Origin: Sphingobacteriales bacterium
GTDB taxonomy: Bacteria; Bacteroidota; Bacteroidia; AKYH767-A; OLB10
Assembly (NCBI GenBank): GCA_021299095.1
Contig: JAJTFW010000004.1
Location: 4,737 to 68,736, forward strand
DNA length: 64,000 bases
Direction of reading: 5' to 3'
Shown here: piece after piece, positions 19,407 to 29,186 of the stretch
How the letters are laid out: each line of letters begins with the position of its first letter
How positions within the stretch are numbered: position 1 is the first letter of the stretch
The notes under the pieces: model-generated
What the model was told of the DNA's origin: nothing
What the model saw: the letters and a program-made list of their open reading frames with translations, nothing else
Database searches by the model: none
Program-made: the position numbers and the translations under genes

Positions 19407-20300
19407 ATGAATCAATTCTCGATTAAGGATGTTGAGGCCCTGACAGGCATCAAACCCCACACCCTGCGTATATGGGAGCAGCGCTATGGCATCCCCCAGC
19501 CCAAGCGTACCGCCACCAATATCCGCTATTACGACGACGAGGACATTAAGATGTTGCTCAGCGTAGCCATGCTCAACCGGCACGGTCACAAGATCTCGCA
19601 CATCACCAAGATGAGCCGGGAGGACATTGACAAAATCGTCATGGACCTCACCGACAATGCCACTGATCAGCAGGTTCAGGTTGAAGCGCTGACCAAGGCG
19701 ATGTTCGGTCTCGACGAAATTGCTTTCGAAAAAATCCTATCCTCCAGCATTCTCCAATATGGAATGGAGGCCACCTTCATCGAACTTGTATTCCCCTTCC
19801 TAGGCCGGATTGGAATGATGTGGCAAACGGGGGCGGTAAATCCAGCCTACGAGCATTTCATCACCAACCTGATTCGGCAGAAACTGTTTGTGGCCATTGA
19901 TGCCCAACCGAAGAATCAGGCACCGAACGCGAAAAAGTTCGTCCTTTTTCTTCCCGCACACGAGCCACATGAAATCGGATTGTTGTTTGCCAATTACCTC
20001 ATCCGTTCCAAGGGTCACCATACCAGTTATCTCGGCCCCAATCTGCCACTCGATGATCTGAATCCGGTCATGGGTATCTACAAGGCGGATTTCATCCTCA
20101 CGGTGCTGACCTCGGCCATTGCGGCGCAGACCCCCATGCATGTGGCGAATAAACTTAGCAGTGATTTCCCGCAGGCAACCATTTTACTGGCTGGCGGACA
20201 ACTTTTCCAGGCAAACATCAATCTTCCGAAAAATGTCCGCTTGTTGTACACCATGCAGGATTTGGTCCATTTACTGGACATGCTGCGCATTGTGAATTAA
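19407..20300 (+). CDS. MerR-family transcriptional regulator with cobalamin-binding domain (CarH/LitR-like)
   Basis: It has an N-terminal MerR HTH (FSIKDVEALTGIKPHTLRIWEQRYG). W-x9-EH (WQTGAVNPAYEH, nt 19821..19856) and E-x-H-x-x-G (EPHEIG, nt 19962..19979) are arranged as in AdoB12 photoreceptors. Confidence 0.8.
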   Translation: MNQFSIKDVEALTGIKPHTLRIWEQRYGIPQPKRTATNIRYYDDEDIKMLLSVAMLNRHGHKISHITKMSREDIDKIVMDLTDNATDQQVQVEALTKAMFGLDEIAFEKILSSSILQYGMEATFIELVFPFLGRIGMMWQTGAVNPAYEHFITNLIRQKLFVAIDAQPKNQAPNAKKFVLFLPAHEPHEIGLLFANYLIRSKGHHTSYLGPNLPLDDLNPVMGIYKADFILTVLTSAIAAQTPMHVANKLSSDFPQATILLAGGQLFQANINLPKNVRLLYTMQDLVHLLDMLRIVN

Positions 20301-20339
20301 ATCGGATTGTTCTGGTTGGCTAAAAAATAGCCCACCCAA

Positions 20340-21089
20340 TTATCTGTGATCCTTTCCGATGTAGGACAGGAATTCGCGACGTACATCCATGTTTCGGAAT
20401 TTTCCGCAGTATTCAGTCGTAATGGTGGTTGAATTAACATCACGAATTCCACGGGATGCGACGCACAAGTGCGCTGAATCAATCATTACCGCAACATCTT
20501 CGGTCTCCAGTGCCTCACGCAAGGCCGCCGCAATCTGAATGGTTAGACGCTCTTGTACCTGTGGCCTGCGGGCATAATAGTCAACCAATCGGTTGAGTTT
20601 CGAGAGGCCGATAACTTTTCCGGACGAAAAATAGGCCACATGCGCCTTTCCGAAAATCGGTACGAGGTGGTGTTCACAGGTCGAGTAAAAGGTGATGTCT
20701 TTTTCGACAAGCATTTGTCGATACCTGTACACATTACTGAATAGGGTAATTCCGGGTTTGTTGGCAGGGTCAAGGCCGCGGAAGGTTTCTTGGACATACA
20801 TCTTGGCGACGCGCAACGGCGTTTCGCGGATACTTTCATCCGTTAGATCCATTCCCAGGGTGTGCAAAATTGCTTCCACGTGTGAGGCGATAATTCGAAT
20901 TTTCTCCTCCGGAGAGGCGTCGAAGGCACCAGCTCTCAAGGGTGTTTTAATACCTCCAAGGCTGTGGTGAAGCATTTCATCCAGCTCATGGTCGGTGCCG
21001 ACCGAAAGAGGTTCCATGTTTATATGGGAGCCTGAATGATCCTTGGCCGTTGCCGGAATCGCGGAGATAGTATTGTTTATTTTACGCAT
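20340..21089 (-). CDS. folE: GTP cyclohydrolase I
   Basis: It has the STCEHHLVPIFG zinc/catalytic motif and the RPQVQERLT motif. I chose ATG 21089. The track's longer ORF uses a TTG at 21149. Confidence 0.9.
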   Translation of the reverse strand: MRKINNTISAIPATAKDHSGSHINMEPLSVGTDHELDEMLHHSLGGIKTPLRAGAFDASPEEKIRIIASHVEAILHTLGMDLTDESIRETPLRVAKMYVQETFRGLDPANKPGITLFSNVYRYRQMLVEKDITFYSTCEHHLVPIFGKAHVAYFSSGKVIGLSKLNRLVDYYARRPQVQERLTIQIAAALREALETEDVAVMIDSAHLCVASRGIRDVNSTTITTEYCGKFRNMDVRREFLSYIGKDHR

Positions 21090-21324
21090 ATATCTGTTAA
21101 ACACTATTAGAACGGCTGAACCCCCTGCTTGTTTTGATTTAACAAACAAATACTAAACAAGATTGGATGGATTTTGACCGCTAATCGTGCTTGTATCATC
21201 ACATAATTGTCAGAAATACCTTTGGTTAGGAGTTTATTGGCCTGAAAATCATAGGATTATATTTGTTTAACTAATTACCATTAAAAATTAAACAAAAAGG
21301 CTTGCATTGGATACCTTGCGACAT

Positions 21325-21332
21325 TAGTTTTG
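21325..21332 (+). promoter_or_regulatory. Bacteroidota -7 box (TAnnTTTG)
   Basis: TAGTTTTG lies 29 nt upstream of the sigma-factor ATG, in an AT-rich divergent intergenic region. Confidence 0.35.
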
Positions 21333-21361
21333 TGAAACTTTTAAGATAAAAACCTAAACAA

Positions 21362-21892
21362 ATGACACAGGTCGAATTCAATCATCAGGTCAACACCCAT
21401 TATCAGCCACTGCGGGGATATGCTATGAAATTGACCCAGGATCATGAAGATGCCAATGATCTGGTTCAGGAAACCATGTTGAAGGCTTTTCGCAACCGCG
21501 ACAAGTTCGAGGACGGAACAAATCTGAAAGGGTGGTTGTATACGATCATGAAGAACATTTTTATCAATAACTACCGCAGAATGGTGAAAGGCAGCGTAGT
21601 TACAGATGATACAGAAAACCAGATATACATCAACAATGCCGCTCATTCCGTCCGAAATGATGGAGAAGGTCGAATGATTATGAAAGAGGTGAACAACGCC
21701 ATTGGACTGTTGTCCGACAACCTTCGCACACCTTTTATGATGTCGTTTGAAGGATACAAATACGAGGAAATCGCACGGCACCTAGCGGTTCCGCTGGGAA
21801 CAGTCAAAATCCGTATTCACGTTGCACGTCAAAAGCTGAAAAAACAGCTTAGCCCATATGGAACGGAGGCCGGGTACTCCATCCATTCATAA
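21362..21892 (+). CDS. RNA polymerase sigma factor, ECF (sigma-70 group 4)
   Basis: It has region 2 (DLVQETMLKAFRNRDKF, WLYTIMKNIFINNYR) and a region 4 HTH (YEEIARHLAVPLGTVKIRIHVARQKL). No anti-sigma gene is adjacent. Confidence 0.85.
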   Translation: MTQVEFNHQVNTHYQPLRGYAMKLTQDHEDANDLVQETMLKAFRNRDKFEDGTNLKGWLYTIMKNIFINNYRRMVKGSVVTDDTENQIYINNAAHSVRNDGEGRMIMKEVNNAIGLLSDNLRTPFMMSFEGYKYEEIARHLAVPLGTVKIRIHVARQKLKKQLSPYGTEAGYSIHS

Positions 21893-21921
21893 AAGAAAGT
21901 TCTTTTGGTAGGTTTTAGGTT

Positions 21922-21958
21922 GCAGATGGGCTCCGGAATACGGAGCCCTCTGCTATTT
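21922..21958 (+). terminator. rho-independent terminator after the ECF sigma gene
   Basis: GCAGATGGGCTCCGGAATACGGAGCCCTCTGC forms a hairpin that is followed by TATTT. Confidence 0.6.
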
Positions 21959-21986
21959 GGTGGCTACCTATCTTTGGTGCTGACCC

Positions 21987-23675
21987 ATGAAACGATTCGC
22001 GAAACGCATCCTCTTACTTCTTCTGGTTCCTGCATCCTTTTTGTGGTGGGGATTCTCTGACGATTTTTTTCAGATCGCCCGACAGCTCGACCTGATGGCC
22101 GGAGTTTACCGCGAAGTAAATGCTGTGTATGTTGATGATGTGAATCCGGGTTCATTGATGAAGTCAGGGATTGATGGGATGCTGAAATCACTTGATCCCT
22201 ACACCAATTATTATCCGGAGTCGGAAATCGAAGATTACCGGATGAAACACGTCAGCTCCGAGTACGGCGGCATTGGTGCGAGCTCGATACGTAACGGTGA
22301 TAGCGTACTTATTTATGAGGTTACCGAGGGTTACCCTGCACAACAGGCCGGCCTTCGGGCAGGAGATCGGCTGCTGGAAGTGAATGGCAGGAGTATCAGC
22401 GGACTTTCTCCTCAGGAAATTGATGACATGGTTAAAGGTCAGGCCGGGACAATGGTACGGCTCCTTGTTGAACGCCCTGGAGCTTCTGCTACGATACCGC
22501 TCAGTATTACGCGCGGGGAAATAAAGTCGAAAAATGTACCGTACTACGCCATGATTGACGATAGCACGGGATACATCAAGCTCGAGAAATTCTTGCAAGA
22601 TTGTTACAGTGAAACCCGGAATGCACTGGTGGAATTGCAAAAGAATCAGGGTATGACTTCATTGGTTTTCGATTTGCGGGGCAATGGCGGCGGGCTTCTC
22701 GAAGAATCGGTCAACATTCTGAACCTGTTTCTCCAAAAAGATCTTCCATTGGTCAGGCAGGAAGGAAAGACGTCCGGCTCCAACAACACCTATAAAACGC
22801 GTAACGAGCCGATTGCTGAGGATTTGCGTGTGGTTGTTCTGATAGACAAGTCGTCGGCTTCCGCCAGCGAGATTACAGCAGGTAATTTTCAGGACCTCGA
22901 CAGGGGCGTCGTTGTAGGGCAGCGTTCTTTCGGAAAAGGACTTGTTCAGCAAACGCGTAACCTCACGTACAATGCGCAGATGAAATTGACGGTAGCAAAG
23001 TACTACACTGCCAGTGGGCGTTGCGTGCAAACAAGGGTGTATCGTCACCGATCCGATGAAGACGGTTCGTTTTACGAGATTCCGGACTCCCTGCTGAAGG
23101 CGTTTAAGACCCGCAACGGCAGAACGGTTTATGATGGTTCGGCGGTCTACCCCGATGTTTATGTATCGCTTCCCGATACTGCAACCCTGACCAAGAGCCT
23201 GGTTCGGAACTTGCTCATATTTGATTTTGCAAGCCTTTACCGCAGCAAACACGATACGATCGGTGGTGCTTCCGATTTCCGCTTATCGGATGGGGATTAC
23301 CGTGAATTTGTTGCCTTTCTATCTGGCCGCACCTACACATATGCAACCCAGAGCGAAAAAGCTTTCGAATCCTTGAAGGAAGCTTCCCTCCGTGAGAAGT
23401 ACTTTGCATCAACCGATCGCGATTTGATTGCCTTGGGTACAGCGTTACGTCACGACCGTGCGGAAGATCTTCGCCTTTTCAGTCCGGAGATCAAGCAATT
23501 CCTACAACAGGAGATTGTGTCGCGCTACCACTTCCAGCGAGGACGATTCGAATACATGTTCAAGCATGATCCTGTATTCTTGGAAGGACTTGGGATTGCG
23601 CATGACCCGGCGCGCTACGCCTCCATTTTACGCGGTGATGGTCAATATAAGGTTATCGGAAAGCCCCGCAGATAA
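21987..23675 (+). CDS. S41 family C-terminal processing peptidase with PDZ domain
   Basis: It has a PDZ segment (GYPAQQAGLRAGDRLLEVNG), the catalytic Ser motif DKSSASASE and the Lys motif RSFGKGLVQ. Confidence 0.9.
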   Translation: MKRFAKRILLLLLVPASFLWWGFSDDFFQIARQLDLMAGVYREVNAVYVDDVNPGSLMKSGIDGMLKSLDPYTNYYPESEIEDYRMKHVSSEYGGIGASSIRNGDSVLIYEVTEGYPAQQAGLRAGDRLLEVNGRSISGLSPQEIDDMVKGQAGTMVRLLVERPGASATIPLSITRGEIKSKNVPYYAMIDDSTGYIKLEKFLQDCYSETRNALVELQKNQGMTSLVFDLRGNGGGLLEESVNILNLFLQKDLPLVRQEGKTSGSNNTYKTRNEPIAEDLRVVVLIDKSSASASEITAGNFQDLDRGVVVGQRSFGKGLVQQTRNLTYNAQMKLTVAKYYTASGRCVQTRVYRHRSDEDGSFYEIPDSLLKAFKTRNGRTVYDGSAVYPDVYVSLPDTATLTKSLVRNLLIFDFASLYRSKHDTIGGASDFRLSDGDYREFVAFLSGRTYTYATQSEKAFESLKEASLREKYFASTDRDLIALGTALRHDRAEDLRLFSPEIKQFLQQEIVSRYHFQRGRFEYMFKHDPVFLEGLGIAHDPARYASILRGDGQYKVIGKPRR

Positions 23676-23684
23676 ACCTGCAAA

Positions 23685-24728
23685 TCAGTAAACACCTTTG
23701 AACTGGTCCAAAAAGCGGACGTCGTTCTCAGAAAAAATCCGCAAGTCGCGGATACCATAACGTAGCATCGTTATCCGTTCAACGCCCATGCCGAATGCGA
23801 ATCCGCTATAAACTTCGGGGTCGATGTTTCCGTTTTGAAGTACAGCAGGATCAATCATTCCGCAGCCAAGAATTTCCACCCAGCCACTGTGTTTGCAAAC
23901 ATTGCACCCCGATCCTTTGCAAATGCTACAACTGATGTCCATTTCAGCACTTGGTTCGGTGAAGGGGAAATAGGAGGGACGTAGGCGGATGCGTGTGTCG
24001 TGGCCGAACATCTCTTGCGCAAAATACAGTAGGGTCTGACGGAGGTCAGCGAAGGATACACCCTTGTCAATGTAGAAGCCCTCAACCTGATGAAAGAAGC
24101 AATGTGCCCTGGCCGAAATGGCTTCATTCCGGTAAACGCGGCCTGGACAAATTGTGCGGATGGGAGGTTCTTGCGACTCCATAACACGCACCTGAATGGA
24201 GGAGGTATGGGTTCGTAAGGCCAGTGCGCCCTGATATAGGGAAGGATCCGATTTTAAGTCGATAAAAAACGTATCCTGCATATCGCGCGCAGGATGCTCG
24301 GGGGGGAAATTCAACGCTGAGAAATTATGCCAGTCGTCTTCGATTTCCGGTCCGTCACTCACGTTGAATCCAACCCGTGAGAAAATCTGAATGATTTCTG
24401 CACGCACCAAGCTCAATGGATGTCTTGAACCCGCAGGAAGCGGGTCGCCCGGTAAAGTCGGGTCTTTTTCAACTCCCCGGTCTGATACTGATTGTTCGAA
24501 TTGTTCGCGGAACTGATTCAGCTTGGCTTCGGCCGCTTCTTTCAGTGCATTCACTTCCTGCCCGTAGGCTTTGCGCGACTCAGGAGCCACGTCCTTCATG
24601 CGCGCAAACAGGTCTGTTAATGCGCCCTTCTTTCCAGTGAACTTCAGTCGGAACTGCTCAAGTTCTTCCTTGCTGGAAGGTGTAAAAGCCTGGACTTCCT
24701 CCAGGAGGGAGCGAATGGAATCAGACAT
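23685..24728 (-). CDS. pheS: phenylalanine--tRNA ligase alpha subunit
   Basis: Class II aaRS motifs are present: FPFTEPSAEMD and GFAFGMGVERI. It also has the typical N-terminal coiled-coil. Confidence 0.95.
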   Translation of the reverse strand: MSDSIRSLLEEVQAFTPSSKEELEQFRLKFTGKKGALTDLFARMKDVAPESRKAYGQEVNALKEAAEAKLNQFREQFEQSVSDRGVEKDPTLPGDPLPAGSRHPLSLVRAEIIQIFSRVGFNVSDGPEIEDDWHNFSALNFPPEHPARDMQDTFFIDLKSDPSLYQGALALRTHTSSIQVRVMESQEPPIRTICPGRVYRNEAISARAHCFFHQVEGFYIDKGVSFADLRQTLLYFAQEMFGHDTRIRLRPSYFPFTEPSAEMDISCSICKGSGCNVCKHSGWVEILGCGMIDPAVLQNGNIDPEVYSGFAFGMGVERITMLRYGIRDLRIFSENDVRFLDQFKGVY

Positions 24729-24744
24729 GATGTCGCAGGAAGGA

Positions 24745-25461
24745 TTACTTATTAACGATCAGCTTCATCTTCATCCGCAGATCTGTGACCGGACGATCGG
24801 CAGCTCCAGTTTGAACGGCAGCGATTTTGTCGATCACTTCAAGGCCTTCAACAACCTCTCCGAATACGGTGTAGCTGCCGTCGAGCCAAGCTGAACCGCC
24901 AACCGTGGTGTAATCTTTTTTCTGCTCCGGACTTAGTTTGGTACCCAGGCGTTGTTCGGCCATGCTAATCTCCGCTTCGGTCATAGGCTTACCCTGCACA
25001 ATGTAAAACTGGCATCCGCTGGATGCCTTCTCGGGGTTGTTATCGCGTGCGGCCGCCAAAACTCCTTTCCGGTGGTATAGGGTGCTGACAATCTCTGCTG
25101 GAATTTTGTATCCGATATCGCCGGCCCCTAGCATCTGTCCGGGGGCTGCATTTTTTGAATTGGGATCGCCGCCTTGAATCATGAAGCCCTTGATGACACG
25201 GTGGAAAAGAAGGCTGTCGTAAAAGCCTTCGCCGGCCAGTTTTAGGAAGTTTGCACGGTGTAAAGGGGTTTCCTTGTATAAACGAAGTTTCATTACGCCG
25301 AGGTCTGTGCTGAGTTCGACGAGGGTATCAGGACCCTGATCATTTTCTTTTGTCATTTCAGGTTTGGGTGCAGGTTGGGATGAACTTCCGCTCTTTTGGG
25401 CCAAGGCTGGGATTGATAGCAGGACGAGCAGTGCGAATGCCAGGTTGCGGGTTTGTTTCAT
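24745..25461 (-). CDS. peptidyl-prolyl cis-trans isomerase, cyclophilin type, exported
   Basis: It has the FHRVIKGFMIQGGDP cyclophilin core. ATG 25461 gives a signal peptide (MKQTRNLAFALLVLLSIPALAQ). An alternative upstream ATG lies at 25509. Confidence 0.85.
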   Translation of the reverse strand: MKQTRNLAFALLVLLSIPALAQKSGSSSQPAPKPEMTKENDQGPDTLVELSTDLGVMKLRLYKETPLHRANFLKLAGEGFYDSLLFHRVIKGFMIQGGDPNSKNAAPGQMLGAGDIGYKIPAEIVSTLYHRKGVLAAARDNNPEKASSGCQFYIVQGKPMTEAEISMAEQRLGTKLSPEQKKDYTTVGGSAWLDGSYTVFGEVVEGLEVIDKIAAVQTGAADRPVTDLRMKMKLIVNK

Positions 25462-25576
25462 TGGATTGAACTTGATTACTTTTGATTCCGGTTCGGGTTT
25501 ATCGGACATCCTGCAAGTTTAATCAAAAGGGAACAAATTCACCGATTCATCCGTAAGAAGCCACAAGACCACATTC

Positions 25577-25927
25577 ATGAAATCCTTCATCCAGGTACTC
25601 ACACTCGTTACAGTTGTCCTCCTTTCGGCCGCGTCATGTAAGAAAACGGAGCCTTGCGAAGCCATCATTACGGTCGTCGACCCTCAGGGAGCTCCGGTTC
25701 CAGGTGCCCGCGTGGTGCTGCGTCAGGACAGCGTGGTCAATCCTCAAACAGGTGTTCGTGCGGATATTCTTGAGGAGGAGTTCACCAGCAGCAACGGAGA
25801 GGCCATTTTTGAATTCAAGTGGGAAGCCGTACTGAATGTTGAAGTCGATGTGGATACCCTGAGTGCAAGGGATTACATCCGTCTCGAGCAAAGCGAAACG
25901 GTGCGCAAGACTGTTACGGTTCGCTGA
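25577..25927 (+). CDS. small lipoprotein, carboxypeptidase-regulatory-like fold suspected
   Basis: It has a lipoprotein signal (LLSAASC) and a [16 protein letters not shown]-type strand pattern. Confidence 0.5.
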   Translation: MKSFIQVLTLVTVVLLSAASCKKTEPCEAIITVVDPQGAPVPGARVVLRQDSVVNPQTGVRADILEEEFTSSNGEAIFEFKWEAVLNVEVDVDTLSARDYIRLEQSETVRKTVTVR

Positions 25928-25961
25928 GTATTTCGGTCCCCTTGGGGATGTTCCGGCTGAC

Positions 25962-25969
25962 TACTTTTG
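25962..25969 (+). promoter_or_regulatory. Bacteroidota -7 box (TAnnTTTG)
   Basis: TACTTTTG ends 14 nt before the pgk ATG at 25984. Confidence 0.4.
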
Positions 25970-25983
25970 CGGAAAATCCCTGT

Positions 25984-27189
25984 ATGTCTATTCCAACTGT
26001 CGATTCGGTCAACTTTGCCGGCAAACGTGTGCTTGTTCGGGTTGATTTCAATGTCCCCCTCAATGCTCAGTTCGAAGTAACAGACCCGACCCGTATCCGT
26101 GCTGCGATTCCGACGCTCAAAAAGATTCTGAATGATGGAGGCAGTCTGATTCTTATGTCCCACCTGGGTCGGCCCAAAGAGGGTCCTTCCGATAAATTCT
26201 CGCTTCGCCATACGCTTCCAGTAATCTGCGAACTTCTGGGTCGGGATGTGGATTTTGCAGACGATTGTCTCGGAGAGTCCGCTCGTACTGCTACTTCAGC
26301 TTTGCGTCCCGGTCAGGTTTTGCTGCTGGAAAACCTTCGATTTTACAAGCAGGAGGAAAAAGGCGACAGTGAATTCGCCAAAGCACTGGCTGCATACGGT
26401 GATTATTATGTGAACGATGCATTCGGTACCGCTCATCGTGCCCATGCCAGTACAGCAGTCATAGCGCATGAGTTCAACGGACGTTGTTGTTTCGGGTATC
26501 TGATGGCCGCAGAAATTGATAATGCATCGCGCGTATTGGAGCATGCCGAAAAGCCGTTCACGGCCATCATGGGTGGAGCCAAAGTCAGCGATAAAATTCT
26601 CATCATCGAGCAGTTGATGCCCCGGGTGGACCATCTGATTATTGGTGGAGGAATGGCCTATACGTTCATCAAAGCACGCGGAGGGCAAATCGGGAGCTCG
26701 CTATGCGAACAAGACAAGCTCGATCTTGCACTTGATATCCTGCAAAAAGCTGAGGCACTTGGTGTGCAGATTCACCTACCGGTCGATTCTGTGAATGGAG
26801 ACCGGTTTGCGGCTGACGCCTCTGTAGCCGTTACAGCAGCAGATGCAATCCCTGAAGGTTGGATGGGGCTGGACATCGGTCCGGTTTCTGCTCAGCGTTT
26901 TTCGGAGGTGATCCAGCAGAGCCGAACCATATTGTGGAACGGTCCGATGGGTGTGTTTGAGATGGATGCCTTTGCTGCCGGCACACGTACTGCGGCTGAG
27001 GCGATTGCTTCCGCTACCGCCAAGGGTTCATTCTCACTCATTGGTGGAGGCGATAGTGCAGCAGCCATTCATAAATTCGGTTTGGCAGATCGTGTATCAT
27101 ATGTCTCTACAGGAGGGGGAGCCCTTCTCGAGTATTTTGAGGGGAAGGAGTTGCCTGGGGTGCGAATGGTGCTCGATGCGAATACTTGA
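25984..27189 (+). CDS. pgk: phosphoglycerate kinase
   Basis: Canonical Pgk motifs are present: [15 protein letters not shown] and GGGDSAAA. The start was set at the conserved MSIPTV N-terminus. Confidence 0.95.
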   Translation: MSIPTVDSVNFAGKRVLVRVDFNVPLNAQFEVTDPTRIRAAIPTLKKILNDGGSLILMSHLGRPKEGPSDKFSLRHTLPVICELLGRDVDFADDCLGESARTATSALRPGQVLLLENLRFYKQEEKGDSEFAKALAAYGDYYVNDAFGTAHRAHASTAVIAHEFNGRCCFGYLMAAEIDNASRVLEHAEKPFTAIMGGAKVSDKILIIEQLMPRVDHLIIGGGMAYTFIKARGGQIGSSLCEQDKLDLALDILQKAEALGVQIHLPVDSVNGDRFAADASVAVTAADAIPEGWMGLDIGPVSAQRFSEVIQQSRTILWNGPMGVFEMDAFAAGTRTAAEAIASATAKGSFSLIGGGDSAAAIHKFGLADRVSYVSTGGGALLEYFEGKELPGVRMVLDANT

Positions 27190-27260
27190 ACCTGAAGAAA
27201 AACGAATTACTTTGCAGAAGTGCTTTCTCGGAAACACGTGCGAATTAATCTGAACGGCGA

Positions 27261-27770
27261 ATGAACTACCTTGATGTATTGATTGCAATTCCGCTCTGCT
27301 GGGGTGCATACAAAGGATTCCAGCGAGGTATCGTTTTCGAAATCGCCATGTTGTTTGGCATTTTGCTTGGCCTTTATCTCGCCTTCAAACTTAGTGGTGT
27401 GTTTCAGACCCTGGTGGCGGGAATGGTCGATGCGAAGGGTGGTACATTGTATCTGATTACCTTCTTTGTTGTATTTATTGCAGTTGTGCTTATTATGGTG
27501 TTGTTGGGAAAGTTCCTCGAGCAGGTACTTAAAATCGGGAAGATGGACACACTCAACAAGGCAGCCGGTGCAGCATTCGGGCTGGTCAAATTCTTGCTGG
27601 TGGTTAGCGTGTTGTTATCTGTATTCAGGCCGGTTGATGCCCGATACGAATTGTTGCCTGCCAAGATTAAATCAGAAGCCCTGTTGTACGAACCCGTGAT
27701 ACATTTTTCGCAATACCTTTTCCCTGCTCTGAAGGATGTCCAGCAAGAGTTTTCAAAACACGTAGGCTGA
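27261..27770 (+). CDS. CvpA family membrane protein
   Basis: It is a 169-aa protein with four TM helices and the N-terminal NYLDVLIAIPLCWGAYKGFQRG pattern typical of CvpA. Confidence 0.75.
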   Translation: MNYLDVLIAIPLCWGAYKGFQRGIVFEIAMLFGILLGLYLAFKLSGVFQTLVAGMVDAKGGTLYLITFFVVFIAVVLIMVLLGKFLEQVLKIGKMDTLNKAAGAAFGLVKFLLVVSVLLSVFRPVDARYELLPAKIKSEALLYEPVIHFSQYLFPALKDVQQEFSKHVG

Positions 27771-27776
27771 TCTCGT

Positions 27777-28133
27777 ATGTTACACATCCGGAATATCGAT
27801 GAGTTGAAATCCGATTGGAACGGATTGTTGGAATTACTTAGTACCCGTTTTGACGCTGACCTTGATTTACAGGGTGTCGTTTATCTGATCGGTGTGCAAG
27901 AATTGGGGCATGGCCCACGTTCATTTTCCAAGGACGAAAAGCAGGATCTGATGCACATTGCCACCTGCAGGTTGTTATCCCGTTTCGGTTTCTATGAACT
28001 GATTGGCAGCGACGATGAAGGTTGGCCACACTGGCAACTCGTGCAGAAAATCCCCCCGATGTCGCTTGGTGAGCAGGATTATTTGTTAAAGCAGTCTGCA
28101 ATCGATTATTTCCGTGAGCAGGGCGTTTTTTAA
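27777..28133 (+). CDS. hypothetical protein (118 aa)
   Basis: It is an ATG ORF 6 nt after cvpA with globular-looking composition. I do not recognise a family. Confidence 0.45.
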   Translation: MLHIRNIDELKSDWNGLLELLSTRFDADLDLQGVVYLIGVQELGHGPRSFSKDEKQDLMHIATCRLLSRFGFYELIGSDDEGWPHWQLVQKIPPMSLGEQDYLLKQSAIDYFREQGVF

Positions 28134-28151
28134 TACCAGACTAGGTGTTGT

Positions 28152-29186
28152 TTATTTTGAATAGGACAACCTGAGGTTCGGTGTGAAAAACCGTTTCAGG
28201 TGCCATTCTCCGAATGGTTCCGGAACAGGAAGCGTGTTGAGCGAATCTGCGGGAAGACCAAGCCTTCGTGCATTGTTCGCTATGGAGCGAACCGAATCCA
28301 CATAGGCCCGCATGGTCTGTATTGATTCCGGGCCGCCGATCGGGCCATGTCCTGGCACAACCTGTTTGGGCTTGAGTTGCTCAAGCGAGTTCAATCCGCT
28401 TATCAGCGATTCAGAATCACCATCGCCAAGCCAAGGGTGATATCCGCTAAAAACCAGGTCTCCGGCAAACAGAATCTGTTCGGCAGGAAGCCACATTACT
28501 AGGTCACCTGTGGTATGGCCGTTTCCTGCGTGAAGAAATAGAACTCGACGCGATTCGCTCTCCAATGTGAAGGGGAGTTTGATGATGGAATCGGCCATGG
28601 TTATTCGAAGGCTGTCCATGGATTCTGCGATGCCGCTGAAATAGCTCAACCAAAGGATATGTTCAAGTGAGTCGAACGTATTGAAATTTCGGATGTCCAT
28701 CTCCGCCATCGTGCGGGCGGTTTGTGGTGCAAATCCCGGGTAGGAATTGACTTCGTCAGGAAGTTTTTCCCGCATAGCCATCCGGATTTCCTCGGTGCCA
28801 AGAATGGTCGCATCGCCAAATACCTGATTTCCCCCCGTGTGGTCGTTGTGCCAGTGGCTGTTGATCAGGTAACGAACCGGCTTGCCGCAAAACGCTTCAG
28901 CCATATTCCGCATTTCCCGGGCCGCATGGGGAGTCATGAAGGCATCAAACACCAACAGATATGAACCCATATCAACTATCCCTGCATTCGAAATGGCGTG
29001 ACCATCCGGATTTGCGATGGCCGCATATACACCTGGCTGTAGGGTGTAAAAAGTGAAGTGCCTGGGCTTAGGCATAGCTCCGGGCGAAAAGGCGAATAGC
29101 GTGGCTGCAGCCAGCACTATAAGAAGCGAGCGTAGTTGGTGCAAAGGATGTCTCGGCATGTGTTGAGATATGAATTGATTTTTCAT
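28152..29186 (-). CDS. exported MBL-fold metallo-hydrolase
   Basis: It has the HWHNDHTGG (HxHxDH) motif and downstream His/Asp ligands. A signal peptide follows ATG 29186, which overlaps the upstream gene's stop (ATGA). Confidence 0.8.
   Translation of the reverse strand: MKNQFISQHMPRHPLHQLRSLLIVLAAATLFAFSPGAMPKPRHFTFYTLQPGVYAAIANPDGHAISNAGIVDMGSYLLVFDAFMTPHAAREMRNMAEAFCGKPVRYLINSHWHNDHTGGNQVFGDATILGTEEIRMAMREKLPDEVNSYPGFAPQTARTMAEMDIRNFNTFDSLEHILWLSYFSGIAESMDSLRITMADSIIKLPFTLESESRRVLFLHAGNGHTTGDLVMWLPAEQILFAGDLVFSGYHPWLGDGDSESLISGLNSLEQLKPKQVVPGHGPIGGPESIQTMRAYVDSVRSIANNARRLGLPADSLNTLPVPEPFGEWHLKRFFTPNLRLSYSK

Noticed and set aside
21090-21361. AT-rich 272-bp divergent region between folE and the ECF sigma gene. 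It has an inverted repeat CTTGTTT (21128..21134) / AAACAAG (21155..21161). I considered a THF riboswitch or a CarH operator.
   Set aside because: The stem is only 7 bp with a 20-nt loop, and I recognise no riboswitch core. It may still hold regulatory sites, but I cannot support a specific call. If the TTG start at 21149 is real, part of the region is coding.
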